A stretch of 64,000 bases of DNA from Octopus vulgaris (GCA_951406725.2 OX597822.1:73346001-73410000), one strand, 5' to 3'; counted from the stretch's first letter, positions 1 to 14,114 are shown. Numbers and translations are program-made. Notes: generated by a model not told the origin, from the letters alone.

Positions 1-265
1 ATGTATGCATCCATGCATGCATGTATGTATGTATGTATGTATGTATGCATGCATGTATGTATGTATGTATGTATGTATGTATGCATGTATGTATGCATGT
101 ATGTATGTATGTATGTATGTATGTATGTATGTATGTATGTATGTATGTATGTATGTATGCATGTATGTATGCATGTATGTATGTATGTATGTATGTATGT
201 ATGTATGCATGTATGTATGTATGTATGTATGTATGTGCATGCATGTATGTATGTATGTATGTATG

Positions 266-297
<32 letters not shown>

Positions 298-455
298 CAT
301 GCATGTATGTATGTATGTATGTATGTATGTATGTATGTAGTATGTATGTATGTATGTATGTATGTATGTATGTATGTATGTATGTATGTGCATGCATGTA
401 TGTATGTATGTATGTATGTATGTATGTATGTATGTATGTATGTATGTATGTATGT
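1..455. repeat. (TATG)n microsatellite with TGCA interruptions
   Basis: Direct reading; explains the MYVC ORFs in three frames. Confidence 0.98.
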
Positions 456-627
456 GGGCATTTTAGATACATGGATCGATGGATGTGTATGTATAAAGTC
501 CGCTAAGGACTAAAGTCAATGTCGATAATAATCTTTTTTAAGAATAAGAAAAAAATGTTGCTTACAAAAGTATGGAGTAACACATCAGATTAATGTAAAA
601 CTGATATATAAAGCGGAATATAAGAAG

Positions 628-710
<83 letters not shown>

Positions 711-809
711 TCATACATACATACATACATACATACATGCATGCGTAATGCGTACATACATATGTACATATATGTATATATATACTTATACACAAATGTA
801 TATGTAGAT

Positions 810-973
810 AGGCGTGGGAGTGGCTGTGTGGTAAGTAGCTCTCTTACAAACCACGTGGTTCCGGGTTCAGTCCCGCTGCGTGGCACCTTGGGCAAGTGTC
901 TTCTACTATTGCCTCGGGCCGACCAAAGCCTTGTGAGTGGATTTGGTAGACGGAAACTGAAAGAAGCCCGTCG

Positions 974-1004
<31 letters not shown>

Positions 1005-1209
1005 GTGTCTGTGTTTGTCCCCCGCTCCCCCAATAATGCTTGACAACTGATGCTGGTGTGTTGACGTCCTCGTCACTTAGCGGTTCGCCAAAAGACGCCG
1101 ATAGAATAAGTACTATGCTGACAAAGAATAAGTCCTGGGTTCGATTTGCTCGACTAAAGGCGGTGCTCCAGTATGGCCACAATCAAATGAATGAAACAAG
1201 TAAAAGAGT
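810..1209 (+). mobile_element. tRNA-derived SINE family A, full length
   Basis: A-box-like TGGCTGTGTGG, B-box-like GGTTCAGTCCC, body ccttgggcaagtgtcttctacta...gaaagaagcccgtcg, internal (TA/TG)n, tail ggcggtgctccagyatggcc...gaaacaagtaaaaga; more than 20 full or partial copies in window. Confidence 0.92.
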
Positions 1210-1261
1210 ATACACACACACACAAACACACACATATATACATAATACATACATACATACA

Positions 1262-1297
<36 letters not shown>

Positions 1298-1299
1298 TG

Positions 1300-1409
<110 letters not shown>

Positions 1410-1593
1410 GTTCATACGCTTGAATGAATACCTGCGCAAATTTTTGTTTGAGATGTTTATAAATGATGCTTAAATTATTTTCCTCTGATTCTGTCACAGC
1501 ATAATAATATAGTGTATGTTGTGTAGACGTGGATTGTGTCTCAGGAATGAACGCATAATGATAATGATAAAACCATACCGATGCCTAAGTATA

Positions 1594-1641
<48 letters not shown>

Positions 1642-1651
1642 TATACTTAGG

Positions 1652-1953
1652 CATCGGTGTGGCATCTTGGGCAAGTGTCTTCTGCTATAGCCTCGGGCCG
1701 ACCAATGCCTTGTGAGTGGATTTGGTAGACGGAAACTGAAAGAAGCCTGTCGTATATATGTATGTGTGTGTGTTTGTGTGTCTGTGTTTGTCCCCCTAGC
1801 ATTGCTTGACAACCGATGCCGGTGTGTTTGCGTCCCCGTCACTCAGCGGTTCGGCAAAAGAGACCGATAGAATAAGTCCCGGGGTCGATTTGTTCGACTG
1901 AAGGCGGTGCTCCAGTATGGCCGCAGTCAAATGACTGAAACAAGTAAAAGAGA
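1652..1953 (+). mobile_element. SINE family A, 5' truncated
   Basis: Colinear with 810-1209. Confidence 0.88.
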
Positions 1954-1956
1954 GTA

Positions 1957-2042
<86 letters not shown>

Positions 2043-2184
2043 AAGGGATGACAAGTTCTAAGAAGCTATAAGCTGCCACTTCCTATTTAAGAAGTCAAAG
2101 TAAGAACGAAACCGTAATCGTTAGTCCAATACATACACTGAGTAATACACATATACAAATGTATATATGTATATGTATATAGTA

Positions 2185-2690
2185 TATGACTTGCTGTGAA
2201 GTAAGAAGCTTCCTGCCCGAGCACATGTCTCCGGGTTCAGTTCCACTGCGTGGCACCTTGGGCGAGTGTCTTCTAGTATACCTCGGGCTGACGAAAGCCT
2301 AGTGAGTGGATTTCATAGACGGAAACTAAATGAACCCCGTCGTATATACATATGTGTGTATGTGTATGTTTATGTACGTATGTACGTACGTATGTATGTA
2401 TGCATGTATGTATGTATATATGTATGTATAAATGTATGAATGTATGTATGTATGTATGTATGTATGTATGTATGTATGTATGTATGTATTTGTATGTCTG
2501 TGCCTGTCACCCCACCGTGGCTTGACAGCTGATGTTGGTGTGTTTATGTCCCCGGCGATTCGATAATAGAGTGCGACAGAATAAGCACTAAGCTTACAAA
2601 AAATAAGTCCTGAGATCGATTTTTTCGACTAAAGGTGATGCTCCAGGTTGGTCGCAGTCAAATATCTGAAACATATAAAAGAATAAAAGA
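2185..2690 (+). mobile_element. SINE family A, diverged, internal (TATG)n expansion
   Basis: Colinear with 810-1209. Confidence 0.85.
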
Positions 2691-2709
2691 ATATATAGCT
2701 TATGTATAT

Positions 2710-2784
<75 letters not shown>

Positions 2785-2861
2785 TATGTATATATATATA
2801 TATATACATATATATGTATGTATGTATATAAACACATTTATGTGTGCATATACGCACACAA

Positions 2862-2893
<32 letters not shown>

Positions 2894-2914
2894 GTATATG
2901 TATATATATATGTA

Positions 2915-2965
<51 letters not shown>

Positions 2966-3029
2966 GTATATGTATATATGTATGTATGTATGTATGTAGA
3001 TAAATATATTGAAATACACTATATTTACT

Positions 3030-3250
3030 ACTTTTATTCTTTTACTTGTTTCAGTCAGTTGACTGCGGCCATGCCGGGGCATCGCTTTTAATCGAATAAA
3101 TCGATCCCATAACTCAGTCTTTGTAAGCCTATACTTATTCTATCGAACCCTTTTGCCTAACCGCTAAGTTATATCATATCATATCAAACATACCTACATC
3201 GGCTTAAATCGATGGTGGGGGGAGGGTCAAATACAGCCACACACTCACAA

Positions 3251-3295
<45 letters not shown>

Positions 3296-3450
3296 CATAT
3301 ATATGACGGGCTTCTCTCAGTTTCCACCGAATCCACTCACAAGGCCTTGGTCGGCCCGAGGCTATAGTAGAGGCCAGTTGCCCAAGGACCTATGCATTGA
3401 AACCGAACCCAGAACCATGTGGTTGGGAAGCAAGCTTTTTACCCTCCACT
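3030..3450 (-). mobile_element. SINE family A
   Basis: Reverse complement of family A tail, body and head. Confidence 0.85.
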
Positions 3451-3745
3451 CTCACACACATACACACACATATCAATATATACATACATACATACATACA
3501 TACATACATAATACATACGTATGTATATATATATACATATATATATGTGTATGTATGTATGTATACATATATATGTGTATATATACATATATATATATAT
3601 ATGTATGCATTTATGTATATGTATATATACATATGCATAAAGATATATGTGTGCATGTGTATTCATGTATGTATGTATGTGACTGTATCTCATATCTATA
3701 TATACATATATACATATACATATATATATACATATACATATATAT

Positions 3746-3801
<56 letters not shown>

Positions 3802-4188
3802 TATATATATATATATAAATATATATGTCAGTGTGTGAGTTTATGTTTAACGCTATGTCATACGCGTGGTTAATGTATTTGTAACATATGTGTCGCTTGT
3901 GGTGCAATTGTTTGCATAAGTGTTAATATGCAATATATCAAGTGCATGTTACAGGCGTAATCATTTGATGTTTTTGTTATGACGTATGTTTTATGCGTTT
4001 TCCTTTGAACAGAATTACGTACGGCGAATATGATGGCGCTAAATTAGATTCTTTGAAGAATATTTAAACCTAGTAAGCAACTGTTTCTACCAGACCAGCC
4101 ACCTACGAAAATATAAAGTAAATTGATATAATATGAATGAATAAGTAGAAATATGTAAAGAAAAACCTATATCTGAAGATAAGTAAGT

Positions 4189-4364
4189 AATCCTTTCTGT
4201 TAAAGGCACAAGGCCTGAAATATGGTGGTTGGAGTGGGGAGAAAGAGTCGATTACAGCGACCGCAGTGTGTCACTGGTATTTATTTTATCGATACCGATA
4301 GGTTTAAAGGTAAAGTCGACCTCGGCGGTATTTGAACTCAGAACGTAAAGAACCGGACGAAATT
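4189..4364 (-). mobile_element. SINE family B, tail variant 2, 5' truncated
   Basis: Reverse complement of gagttcaaat-ccgccgaggtcgactttacc... followed by caggccttgtgcctttaacagaaaggatt. Confidence 0.8.
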
Positions 4365-4436
4365 AAGTATCAGTGAAATACTGATGTCGACTATCCCCCT
4401 CCCCCAGTTTCAGACCATGTGCCTTTAGTAGAAAGG

Positions 4437-4633
<197 letters not shown>

Positions 4634-4737
4634 CTGTGATTGACTTAACTCCCCTTCGAGAGTGCTGGCCTTGTGCCAAAATTTGAAATCAGATAAGTAA
4701 ATAAAAAATGTATATATATATACGTATATATGAATGA

Positions 4738-4787
<50 letters not shown>

Positions 4788-4871
4788 ATGTATGTATACA
4801 TACATATATATATATATATACATATATACATATATATATATATATGTGTGTGTGTATATATATACATATAC

Positions 4872-4914
<43 letters not shown>

Positions 4915-5049
4915 CATATATATATGTGTGTGTGTGTGTATGTATGTATTCAGATATGTATGTATATGTATATGCATATATGTTTATATATGTGTGAACG
5001 TATATATGTATATAAAATATAAATAAGTAATAATTGAAGGACATGTGTC

Positions 5050-5128
5050 AATCCTTATGGCCGTTTCTGACGTCACCTCTAATTACTTATTGAGTACAGT
5101 ATAAAGAAACCGTTTTCCTCAGGTGAAT
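5050..5128 (-). ncRNA. Degenerate minimal type I hammerhead-like motif
   Basis: Minus strand: CTGAGGA-A-AACG...CGTC-A-GAAA-CGGCCA-TA; stem III one change from palindrome ACGGCCGT; stem I decayed. Confidence 0.45.
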
Positions 5129-5254
5129 GCGTGAACTTTACAATTAAGGATATTCCAAATGATTTAACATATCTAATATCCACGAAACAAAACAATTTCC
5201 CTGATTCTGCTTCTATTTCAGTTGACAGAATGTATATGTATATATGTGTGTGTA

Positions 5255-5617
5255 GAGGGCCAATGGCCCAGTAATTAGGGTAGCGAACTCGCGGTCGTAG
5301 ATTTGCGGTTTCGATTCTCAGACCGAGCGTTGTGAGTGTTTATTGAACGAAAATACCTAAAGGTCCACGAAGCTCCGGCAGGAGGTGGTGGCGAACCCTG
5401 CTGTACTCTTTCACTACAACTTTCTCCCACTCTTTTTTCCTGTTTCTGTTGAACCTGTATTTCAAAGGGCCAGACTTGTCACACTTTGTATTACGTTGAA
5501 TCTCCCCGAGAACTACGTTAAGGGTACGCCTGTCTGTGGAGTACTCAGCCACTTGCACGTTAACTTCATGAGCAGGCTGTTCCGTTGATCGGGTCAACTG
5601 AAACCCACTGAGTGCCG
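5255..5617 (+). mobile_element. tRNA-derived SINE family C
   Basis: A box tggcccagtaattagg, B box ggtttcgattc; homologous to 9275-9657, 34097-34428 and 62753-63055. Confidence 0.88.
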
Positions 5618-6056
5618 TAGTATATACGTGTGTGTGTGTTTGTGTAATATAGATATTATTATATTATATCATATATTATATATCATATTACATTATATTA
5701 TATTATATCATAGCATATCATATTATATCATATATTATAGTATATTATATGCGCGTTTCCTATTGTTATTAAAATGCTAGTTTGTTGAACGGGAGTGATG
5801 AACCGGTAGAATCGATAGAGCGTCGGAGAAAATGTCTAATGGTATTTAGTTACGCAGCTTCATGTTCATGGCTTCGCAGCCCTCTAAGGTCATCTTTACC
5901 TCTCCAACTGTCTTCCTCTTGGAGTTGATAAAAAAAAAACGACCAGCCACTAAGAATGGTTTCAATCGTAATCATCTACACTCACCTCACAAAGAAGTTT
6001 AAGTCTTGTGTTAGAAATCAATATAATAAGGCTGAAATGTCGCATTTTAGCTGATC

Positions 6057-6657
6057 ATTTTATTTCACGTTACTCCAGTCCACTCAGCTGGTAAAACTTG
6101 TACTTGTATTTCAAAGGGCCAGCTTTGTCACATTCCAGAGCCAGCTTTGTCACATTTCTGGCCCAGCTTTGCCACATTCCAGGACCGGATTTATCACATT
6201 CAAGGGCCGGTTTTGTCACATCCCAGGCACAGCTTTGCCACATTCCATTCTGGGGCCAGCTTTGTCACATTCCTGGTCCAGCTTTGTCACATTCCTGGCC
6301 CAGCTTTGCCATATTCCAGGACCAGCTTTGTCAGATTCAAGGGCCGGTTTTGTCACATTCCAGGGTCAGCTTTGCCACATTCCATTCCGGGGCCAGCTTT
6401 GTCACATTCCAGGGCCAGCTTTGACATATTCCAGGGCCGGCTTTGTCACATTCCAGGCCCATCTTTGCAGCATTCCAGGGCTGGTTTTGTCACATTCAAG
6501 GGCCGGTTTTGTCACATTCCAGGGCCAGCTTTGTCACATTCCAGGGCCGGTTTTGTCACATTTCAGCGCCAGCCTTGTTAAATGTTAATTTCACGAGCAG
6601 GCTGCTCCGTTGATCAGATCAACTGGAACCTTTCTCGTCTTAACCGATGGAATGCCA
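6057..6657 (+). mobile_element. 5'-truncated SINE with family C 3' half and an internal minisatellite
   Basis: ttatttcacgttactccagtccactcagctgg (like family D middle), then tgtatttcaaagggcc, then gttaatttcacgagcaggctgctccgttgatc (family C tail). Confidence 0.75.
6110..6575. repeat. 22-bp minisatellite (cagggccagctttgtcacattc), about 21 copies
   Basis: Direct reading; explains repetitive ORFs at 6098-6588. Confidence 0.95.
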
Positions 6658-7247
6658 GTTTATTTAATTTGTTATCTCTGTTACTGCAATTTAATTTGCG
6701 TCATAAGAATTTAGAAACTCGAAAGACATGAAATAATTCGGTGGAACTTGAAGCAGATACAGCTATAAATAACAGCATGTAAATATTCAATTAAAAACCC
6801 CGATGCACGCTTCAGATACTGAGCTTCGACTAGCCCGATTGTTGTGCTCGTAATCTCTGCTAACGATTGTTGGTATTTATAGCGTTATCTACTTCGAGTT
6901 CTACCATTAAAACTTATGATTTGTAATTAAAAGCCACCTCTGCCTTCAAAACTGTCAATATCGATCAAATATATTTACTGTGATACTGTTGATAAAACAT
7001 GCTCTTTGTCCATGGGATTTTGGATAAAAAGGAGACTATACAAATGAATCCTTCGAATTTAAGTAAATTCTATATTTTTATGCAGCTGAAGATTGCTCTA
7101 CATTTTAAATTGATGTAATGTTTGCATTGCTCAATTATCCTTGATGATTATTTTGATTATAATCACCCCATTTTGAATTATATAGATAATACCATACTAA
7201 ATACTAGTGCCTTTAACTTAAGTACCATATGCATCTGAATATATATG

Positions 7248-7333
<86 letters not shown>

Positions 7334-7339
7334 TGTCTG

Positions 7340-7370
<31 letters not shown>

Positions 7371-7371
<1 letters not shown>

Positions 7372-7570
7372 AACATGATTAAGAGATTAGCAAAAGTTGC
7401 TTCAGCACATACCGAAATTTAGAAATAGCAGTCAAAATCTACTAATTCTTCTACTACAAAATATCTCCACTGAGAGATATTTTGTAGTAGAAGAATTGGT
7501 AGTTTTTGACTGTTATTTCTAAATTTCGATATATGATGAAGCAACTTTTGCTAATCCCTTAATTATGTTT
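7371..7570. repeat. Imperfect palindrome, about 97-bp arms
   Basis: aaacatgattaagagattagcaaaagttgcttca...ctactacaaaatatctc / gagatattttgtagtag...tgaagcaacttttgctaatcccttaattatgttt; right arm and its continuation recur at 47868-48055, continuation also at 27305-27410. Confidence 0.9.
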
Positions 7571-7851
7571 ATAAGTATAAAAAAAACATTTTGTATAAGT
7601 TTTTTACCGATAATGGTTTTTCCATTACCAACGACTTGGTAAAATTGTTAATTTTTACCCTATATCTATAATAAATAAATAAATAAATAAATAAATAAAT
7701 ATGAATTGTTATGATCTGTTGGACGATAACTGACGAGTAATTAGCAACATCATATACGTGAAGTTTTCGTTGTGTGTCTATTTAAATTTTTGGAACATAT
7801 TATTTAATGTAACACTACACACTTTTAACTTTTTAACAATTCATTTACATA

Positions 7852-7904
<53 letters not shown>

Positions 7905-7998
7905 TTACTTGGAAATGGATGTGTGACGTTCAATTAAATAGCAATATAAATAATATGTGTGTTTGTATATATATATATGCGTGTATGTGTGTGTGTAC

Positions 7999-8068
<70 letters not shown>

Positions 8069-8143
8069 ATATACATACGTGCATACATACGCATGTATAT
8101 GGGTACAGGACGTCACCAACAGTAAACAACATACCCGTATGTG

Positions 8144-8190
<47 letters not shown>

Positions 8191-8923
8191 AGTGGTGCTC
8201 CAGCTTGGCCACAGTCAGATGACTGAAACAAGTAAAAGAATAAAAGAATATATATATATATGATGGGCTTTCACACAGTTTTTGTCCACCAAATTCAGTC
8301 ACAAAAAGTTGGTCGACTCGTGGCCATAGCAGGGAGACATTTTCCCATGGTACCGGGTAGTGAGACTGAACTTGAAATCACATGGTACCAAACCGAGATT
8401 CTTAAATACAGAATCATGTCTGTGCCTATAATCACTATGAATGAACCACGATAAAATCATTTTGACGAAGCTTCTCAGAAAGTTTTGAGTTTATAATGCA
8501 TATAAATCCGCTGAGAAATCGAGATTTATTGCACTGTCTGTTTATCTGAGGATTTTATTCATTCTTTCTACAATTTTAATAGTGGCAAAAGAGTACAGCA
8601 AATTAAGGAAGTGTTGAGAGTTTGAACAATTGACAAACATTTTATAGCTTCCATATTTCTGCTTTAATCCTTTCAATCTTGGCAAATAGCAAGATGGCAG
8701 AACTCCAGCAATTCACAACTTTCTGTTCTGTTGGGGTGGGGGAATATTTTATAATCTAGAGCTACATATAGGTGCAGACATGGCTGTGTGGTTATGAACT
8801 TCATTTAGAAAGTATGTGGTTTTAAGTTCAGTCCCATGTCACGGCACATCGAACAAATGTCTTCAAGGTCGAGTAATGGCATATAAGTGAATTTATGAAC
8901 AACACATCGTATATATATATATA

Positions 8924-9092
8924 GGAAGAATTCACAAAAAATCAAAAGACGAAGACAGGTGGTGTAGACAACAAACAGATGTATTAGTATAACGCTCGGG
9001 AAGTGAAAAAGTTTTTAATGTTTCGAGCCTACACTCTTCCACAGAAAGAAACAAGGAGAGAAAATAAAGAATGTGTAATGGCTAGCGATCTA
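8924..9092 (-). repeat. Short dispersed repeat with hammerhead-like motif (homolog of 53340-53505)
   Basis: Minus strand: tcttt-CTGTGGA-A-GAGT-gtag-GCTC-GAAA-CA-TT-aaaa. Confidence 0.6.
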
Positions 9093-9101
9093 TCATACAT
9101 G

Positions 9102-9215
<114 letters not shown>

Positions 9216-9274
9216 GTAAGTATGTAGGTATGCATGTATGTTTGTGTATATGTGTATGTACGTATGTAAATATG

Positions 9275-9657
9275 TCGTCGTCGTGGCACTCTGTCGGTTA
9301 TGACGACGAGGGTTCCACTTGTTCCGATCAACGGAACAGCCTGCTCGTGAAATTAACGTGCAAGCGGCTGAGCATTCCACAGACAAGTGCCACTTTAACA
9401 TATTTCTCGGGGAGATTCAGCGTCACACATAGTGTGACAAGGCTGTCCCTTTGAAATACAGGTACAACTGAAACAGGAAGAAAGAGTGGGAGAAAGTTGT
9501 GATGGAAGAGTACAGTAGGATTCGCCACCACCCACTGCCCGAGCCTCATGGAGTTTTAAGTGTTTTCGCTCAATAAGCACTCATTACGTCCAGTCTGAGA
9601 ATGGAAACTGTGATCCTACGATCGCGAATTCACTGCCCTATCCACTGGGCCATTGCA
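9275..9657 (-). mobile_element. SINE family C
   Basis: Reverse complement of 5255-5617. Confidence 0.88.
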
Positions 9658-9679
9658 CCACTACTGTATGTAAGCTTAG

Positions 9680-10078
9680 AGAGAATGAACCAGTAGAAAG
9701 CGAATGAGTATTGATTTTCACGTGGGTGATTTGTAGGAGGCAATGCGTAAGTCGTGCAGGCCTGGTCAGCCATCAAACAAGCCACGGGAAAATACTTCTT
9801 TTAAATTATGATACAGCTATTGTTGACAACAAAACATGTACAACGTGTGGAAAAGTGTACCGTTCAGTTGGAGGATTAAAAAGACATGTCAAAAGACTTC
9901 ATACAGTGGCACCGGTTTCTTCTACCAGTGAGCTCAACTGTGAATTATGCAATCAAATGTGCAAATTTTTGACAGGGCTCAAGAGTCATATAAGGGCCTC
10001 ACATTGCATTCTCAATGGCTCATTTAAATTATTCTTTCTAACAATGGCTTTGCTCCTATACAAGAAAGCAGCCACTAT
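9680..10078 (+). mobile_element. 3' end of an RTE-like LINE with C-terminal C2H2 zinc fingers
   Basis: ORF 9711-10094: ICRRQCVSRAGLVSHQTSH, CTTCGKVYRSVGGLKRHVKRLH, CELCNQMCKFLTGLKSHIRASH; no TGEKP linkers; the CxSRxGLxSH motif is typical of RTE C-termini. Confidence 0.6.
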
Positions 10079-10095
10079 GTATCTATGTATTTAAT

Positions 10096-10540
10096 AGGCG
10101 TGGCTGTGTGGTAAGAAGCTTGCTTCCCAACCACATGGTTCCGGGTTTCATTCCCACTGCGTGGCACCTTGGGTAACTATCTTCTACTATAGCCTCGATC
10201 GGACTAAATCCTTGAGACTGGTAGACGGAAACTGAAAGAAGCCTGTCGTATTTATATACATGTATATATGTGTATGTCTATATATGTGTGTGTGTGTATG
10301 TATTACGTATGTATGTATGTATGTTTGTATGTATGTATGTATTTGTGTGTCGTGTTTGTCTCCCACCATCGCTTGAAACTGATGTTAGGATGTTTACATC
10401 CCCATAACCTAGCGGTTCAGCAAAAGATAACGATAGAATAAGTACTAGGCTTACAAAAAATAAGTCTTAGCGTCAATGTGTTCGAATAAAGGTAGTGATC
10501 CAACATGGCCGCAGTCAAATTACTGAAACAAGTAAAAGAA
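10096..10540 (+). mobile_element. SINE family A
   Basis: Colinear with 810-1209. Confidence 0.9.
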
Positions 10541-11110
10541 TATGTATATATGTATATATATATATATATAGCACCTTCATACGTTCGTAGTAATCATGAG
10601 ATTTGAAAACGTACCTAACTGGCAGCTGACTTCTTGGCAACTGTAGTACCTCTTAGAACTCAACTACCAGTTAAATACATTTTGAAATTTGATGATTATT
10701 ACTAACGTATGAAAGCGATAATTGAATTTTATGAACATTACAAAATATTTTTTTTAATGTTATAATTCCATAATAAAAACGTGAAAAAACCAGATCATGT
10801 TTTAACTTTATTCAACTGACATATACATAAATTCGTATACACACACGAATATATATATATATATATATATACTCACGCGTGCATACATATACATACACAC
10901 ACACACACACATATATATTTATCCCTGTATTCTTTTATTTTTTTTATTATTTCAATCATTTCACTGTGGCCATGCTGAAGCATCGCTTTGAAGGATTTTA
11001 GCCGAAGAAATATACCACGGGGCATATTTTTTAAGTGGAGTACTTTTAAGCCTCGTACTTATTCACTCACTTTTTCCGACATATCACGAAATTTAGAGGT
11101 GAACTTCGTA

Positions 11111-11480
11111 AGGCGCAGGAATGGCTGTGGGGTAAGACGTTTGCTCCCCAACCACAAGGTTCAGGGTTCAGTCCCAATGCGTGGCACCTTGGGCAAGTGT
11201 CTTCTACTATAGCCTCGGGCCGACCAAAGCCATGTGTGTGGATTTGGTAGACGGAACCTGAAAGAAGACTGTCGTATAAATATATATGTGTGTATATGTT
11301 TGTGTGTCTGTGTTTGTGTTCCCACCATCGCTTGACAACCGATGTCGGTGTGTTTACGTCCCCCGTAACCTAGCGGTTCGGCAAAAGAGAACTGATAGAG
11401 TAAGTACTAGGCTTACAAAGAATAAGCCCTGGGGTCGACTTGCTCGACTAAAGGTGGTGCTCCAGCATGGCCGCAGTCAC
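11111..11480 (+). mobile_element. SINE family A, followed by a second 3' half at about 11520-11733
   Basis: Colinear with 810-1209. Confidence 0.88.
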
Positions 11481-11767
11481 ATACACACACACACACACAC
11501 ACACGCGCGCACACAGACGTTTTTGTGTGTGTATTTCCTCTCCGCCACTTAACAACCGGCGTTTGTTTGTTTACATCCTAGTAACTTAGCAATTCGGCAA
11601 AAGAAAACGATAGGATAATTACAAGACTTTAAAGAAACATAAGTACTGTGGTCGATTTGCTCGTCCTAACTCTTCAAGGCTGCACTCCAGCATGACCGCA
11701 GTCCAATGACGGAAACAAGTCAAATATAAAAGATATATATTTAATTAGATTATCATAAAAAATATAG

Positions 11768-11880
11768 ATCACACGTAATTACCTATAACGAAACAATAAG
11801 AGTTACGTCCCTTGAAAATAATGCCGAATTAATTTAAGGGATGTAACTCTAAAAGTTTATGTAATAGTTACGTCTGTGAT
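11768..11880. repeat. Small imperfect hairpin, possibly a MITE remnant
   Basis: agagttacgtcccttgaa ... ttaaggggatgtaactct, with weaker outer arms. Confidence 0.55.
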
Positions 11881-12519
11881 TCGTGATTAGGCTGACAAAT
11901 TAACGCATTCGAAGAGTTCACTTGTTTTTAAATTTTTTCATGTGTTCATCAATATTTCTCTTTCTGTCTTTATATTCATCAATAATATCCAACGATATCA
12001 ATAGAATGTCTAGCAGCGGGGATCAAATATGCGAATCAATATGTGTGTAATGGACAGCTAAGTAGTTCGCATAGCAAAAATTGTGCTTGTATGTTCGGTC
12101 CTACCGCACGATACATGCATGTATCTTCTGCTATTGGCTCAGGCTAAACAATTCACTGTAAGTGTTAGTTAGTAGTGAGAAAAATGTGTAGAAACATTTT
12201 TACGTACGTACGTACGTACATACATACATACATACATACATACATACATACATACATACAAACATACTTACATGCATACATACATACGTACATGCATACA
12301 TACATACATACATACATACATACATACATACATACATACATACATACATACATACATACATACATACATACGTGTGTGTGTGTTTATATATGTGAGTGTT
12401 TTTGTACGTATATATGTCTTTATGTATATCTATGTGTATGAGTGTAGACAGATAGACAGACAGACAGATGTTCGTGTATGTATGTATGTATGTATGTATG
12501 TACATGTGCGTGTGTGCGT

Positions 12520-12690
12520 GCGTGCAACAAGCTTCATTCAGTTTCCATCTGCTAAATCCACACACAAGTCTTTGGTCACCCCAGAGCTATAGTAGAAAAC
12601 ATTTGCCTGAAGTGCTTCACTGTGGGACTGAACTCAAGACCACATGGTTGAGATGCAAGCTTCTTACCCACTCATCTACCCCTGCACCTA
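12520..12690 (-). mobile_element. SINE family A 5' half, diverged
   Basis: Reverse complement of head and body. Confidence 0.7.
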
Positions 12691-13548
12691 TCGTCAATTT
12701 TAAGTAATTCTGCAATTTAATATATTCTTCAAATATGACTACAGGTAAGTCACCAGGGTATTTGACGCTATCAATGCTCGCTCTCATAAGACAAAACAGC
12801 CGCGATGAGATTGTCCATTTCTAAGAATGACAATTAACCAGCAACAGTTAGGTTTTCTGATGTTTGTTCATCCTTCCTACTGATAAAGATACTTCAGTAT
12901 TTCACAACCTGCTGTTCACTTATTTCATACAAGCAATTTTTGCACAGCAAGTACAACGACCAAGAAACATAAAGCTATAAGCGTTTTTTTTAAGCCGCGC
13001 ACTTTGCAAAATATTGCTGTAACGTCGAGATTTGTTCTATAATACATGTAACGATTTTTAAAGGAGACAAAGGAATTATGTTACTCCTACTGAAATTCAA
13101 AGCTGACCTTAGTTTCGACAGTGCCGTTGGAAGGAAGTGTATTGTACACGCCGGACAACATGACTGCCCTTTTCTTCGACTTTTCCATAAAGTGTGAAGT
13201 CTAAGTTCATTTCGGGATCAAATAGTCAAAAGGCGAAGTTTGCACTACCTACTCAGAGAGATTTTTAAGATTTGGAATAATGGAAATTGTGATATCCAGC
13301 GGGCTGCAATGTAGTTTGAGGCTTATGTATCTCAAACATTCGAGTGTCTGTGACCCATCCAAATAACTTCAGCTTTGGCTCAGTATGGTGATGATCGTGC
13401 CGAAGATTTCAAGTATGAAGCTCAACAAATATATATGAAGCTCAACAGATAAAATTTTGAATGCAGGCCTCATCGTCAAGCTGAAGGATATAAATGGCGA
13501 ATAACTTCAAATATATGCTCTCTTTCATCACACTTAGGCTTAAATCTA

Positions 13549-14114
13549 GTGGGTTGTCCAGAAAGTTTGTACCAATTTTTAAAGGAAAGAAAAAGGTCAA
13601 TAAATACTTGCCATTACATTTTTAATCAACTAAATATGAACCATTTTGTTGCACAATGCGTCTCCATCTTTCTTTTAACTTGAAAATACCCTCTTCCCAG
13701 AATTGAGGTGGTTTCATGGCAAAGAATTCATCAAGGTGTCTTTTTACGACATCCAAAGAATTGAAATTTTTACCATTAAGATTTTTCTGCAGAGACCTGA
13801 ATAAGTGAAAATCCGAAGGAGCAATATCTGGTGAATATGGATGGTGGGGTAACACATCCCAGCCGAGCTGCAGCAATTTTTGTCTGGTTCCCAAAGCATC
13901 AAGTGCCGAAAATGAACTTACTTATCTTCCATTTTAAAGGGTTACAGAATTAACACAGGTTATAGGAACATAAACCTTCTTCCACAAAAAGATAACTTAA
14001 ACAGTGCTCTAAATGTAGGTGTAGTCAAATCCTATTTTATGGACTCAACCATGCTCTAAAATAAGTCGAAAGGTAAGCTGCTATAAATCAGCAGGAACTT
14101 TCTGGACAAGCCAA
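13549..14114 (-). mobile_element. Internally deleted mariner (Tc1/mariner) element
   Basis: TIRs gtgggttgtccagaaagtt / aactttctggacaagccaa, TA on both sides; ORF 13622-13894 with LGWDVLPHHPYSPDIAPSDFHLF...GIFKLKERWRRIVQQNGSY (mariner transposase C-terminus). Confidence 0.95.

Noticed and set aside
741-1182. Recurring ORFs such as [19 protein letters not shown] and [17 protein letters not shown]
   Set aside because: Chance frames of SINE family A
6098-6588. Repetitive ORFs, or a CRISPR-like array
   Set aside because: Contiguous 22-bp tandem units with no unique spacers and no cas genes; derived from a SINE
7725-7775. CTGACGA-GTA...TAC hammerhead remnant
   Set aside because: GAAA and stem III are not intact
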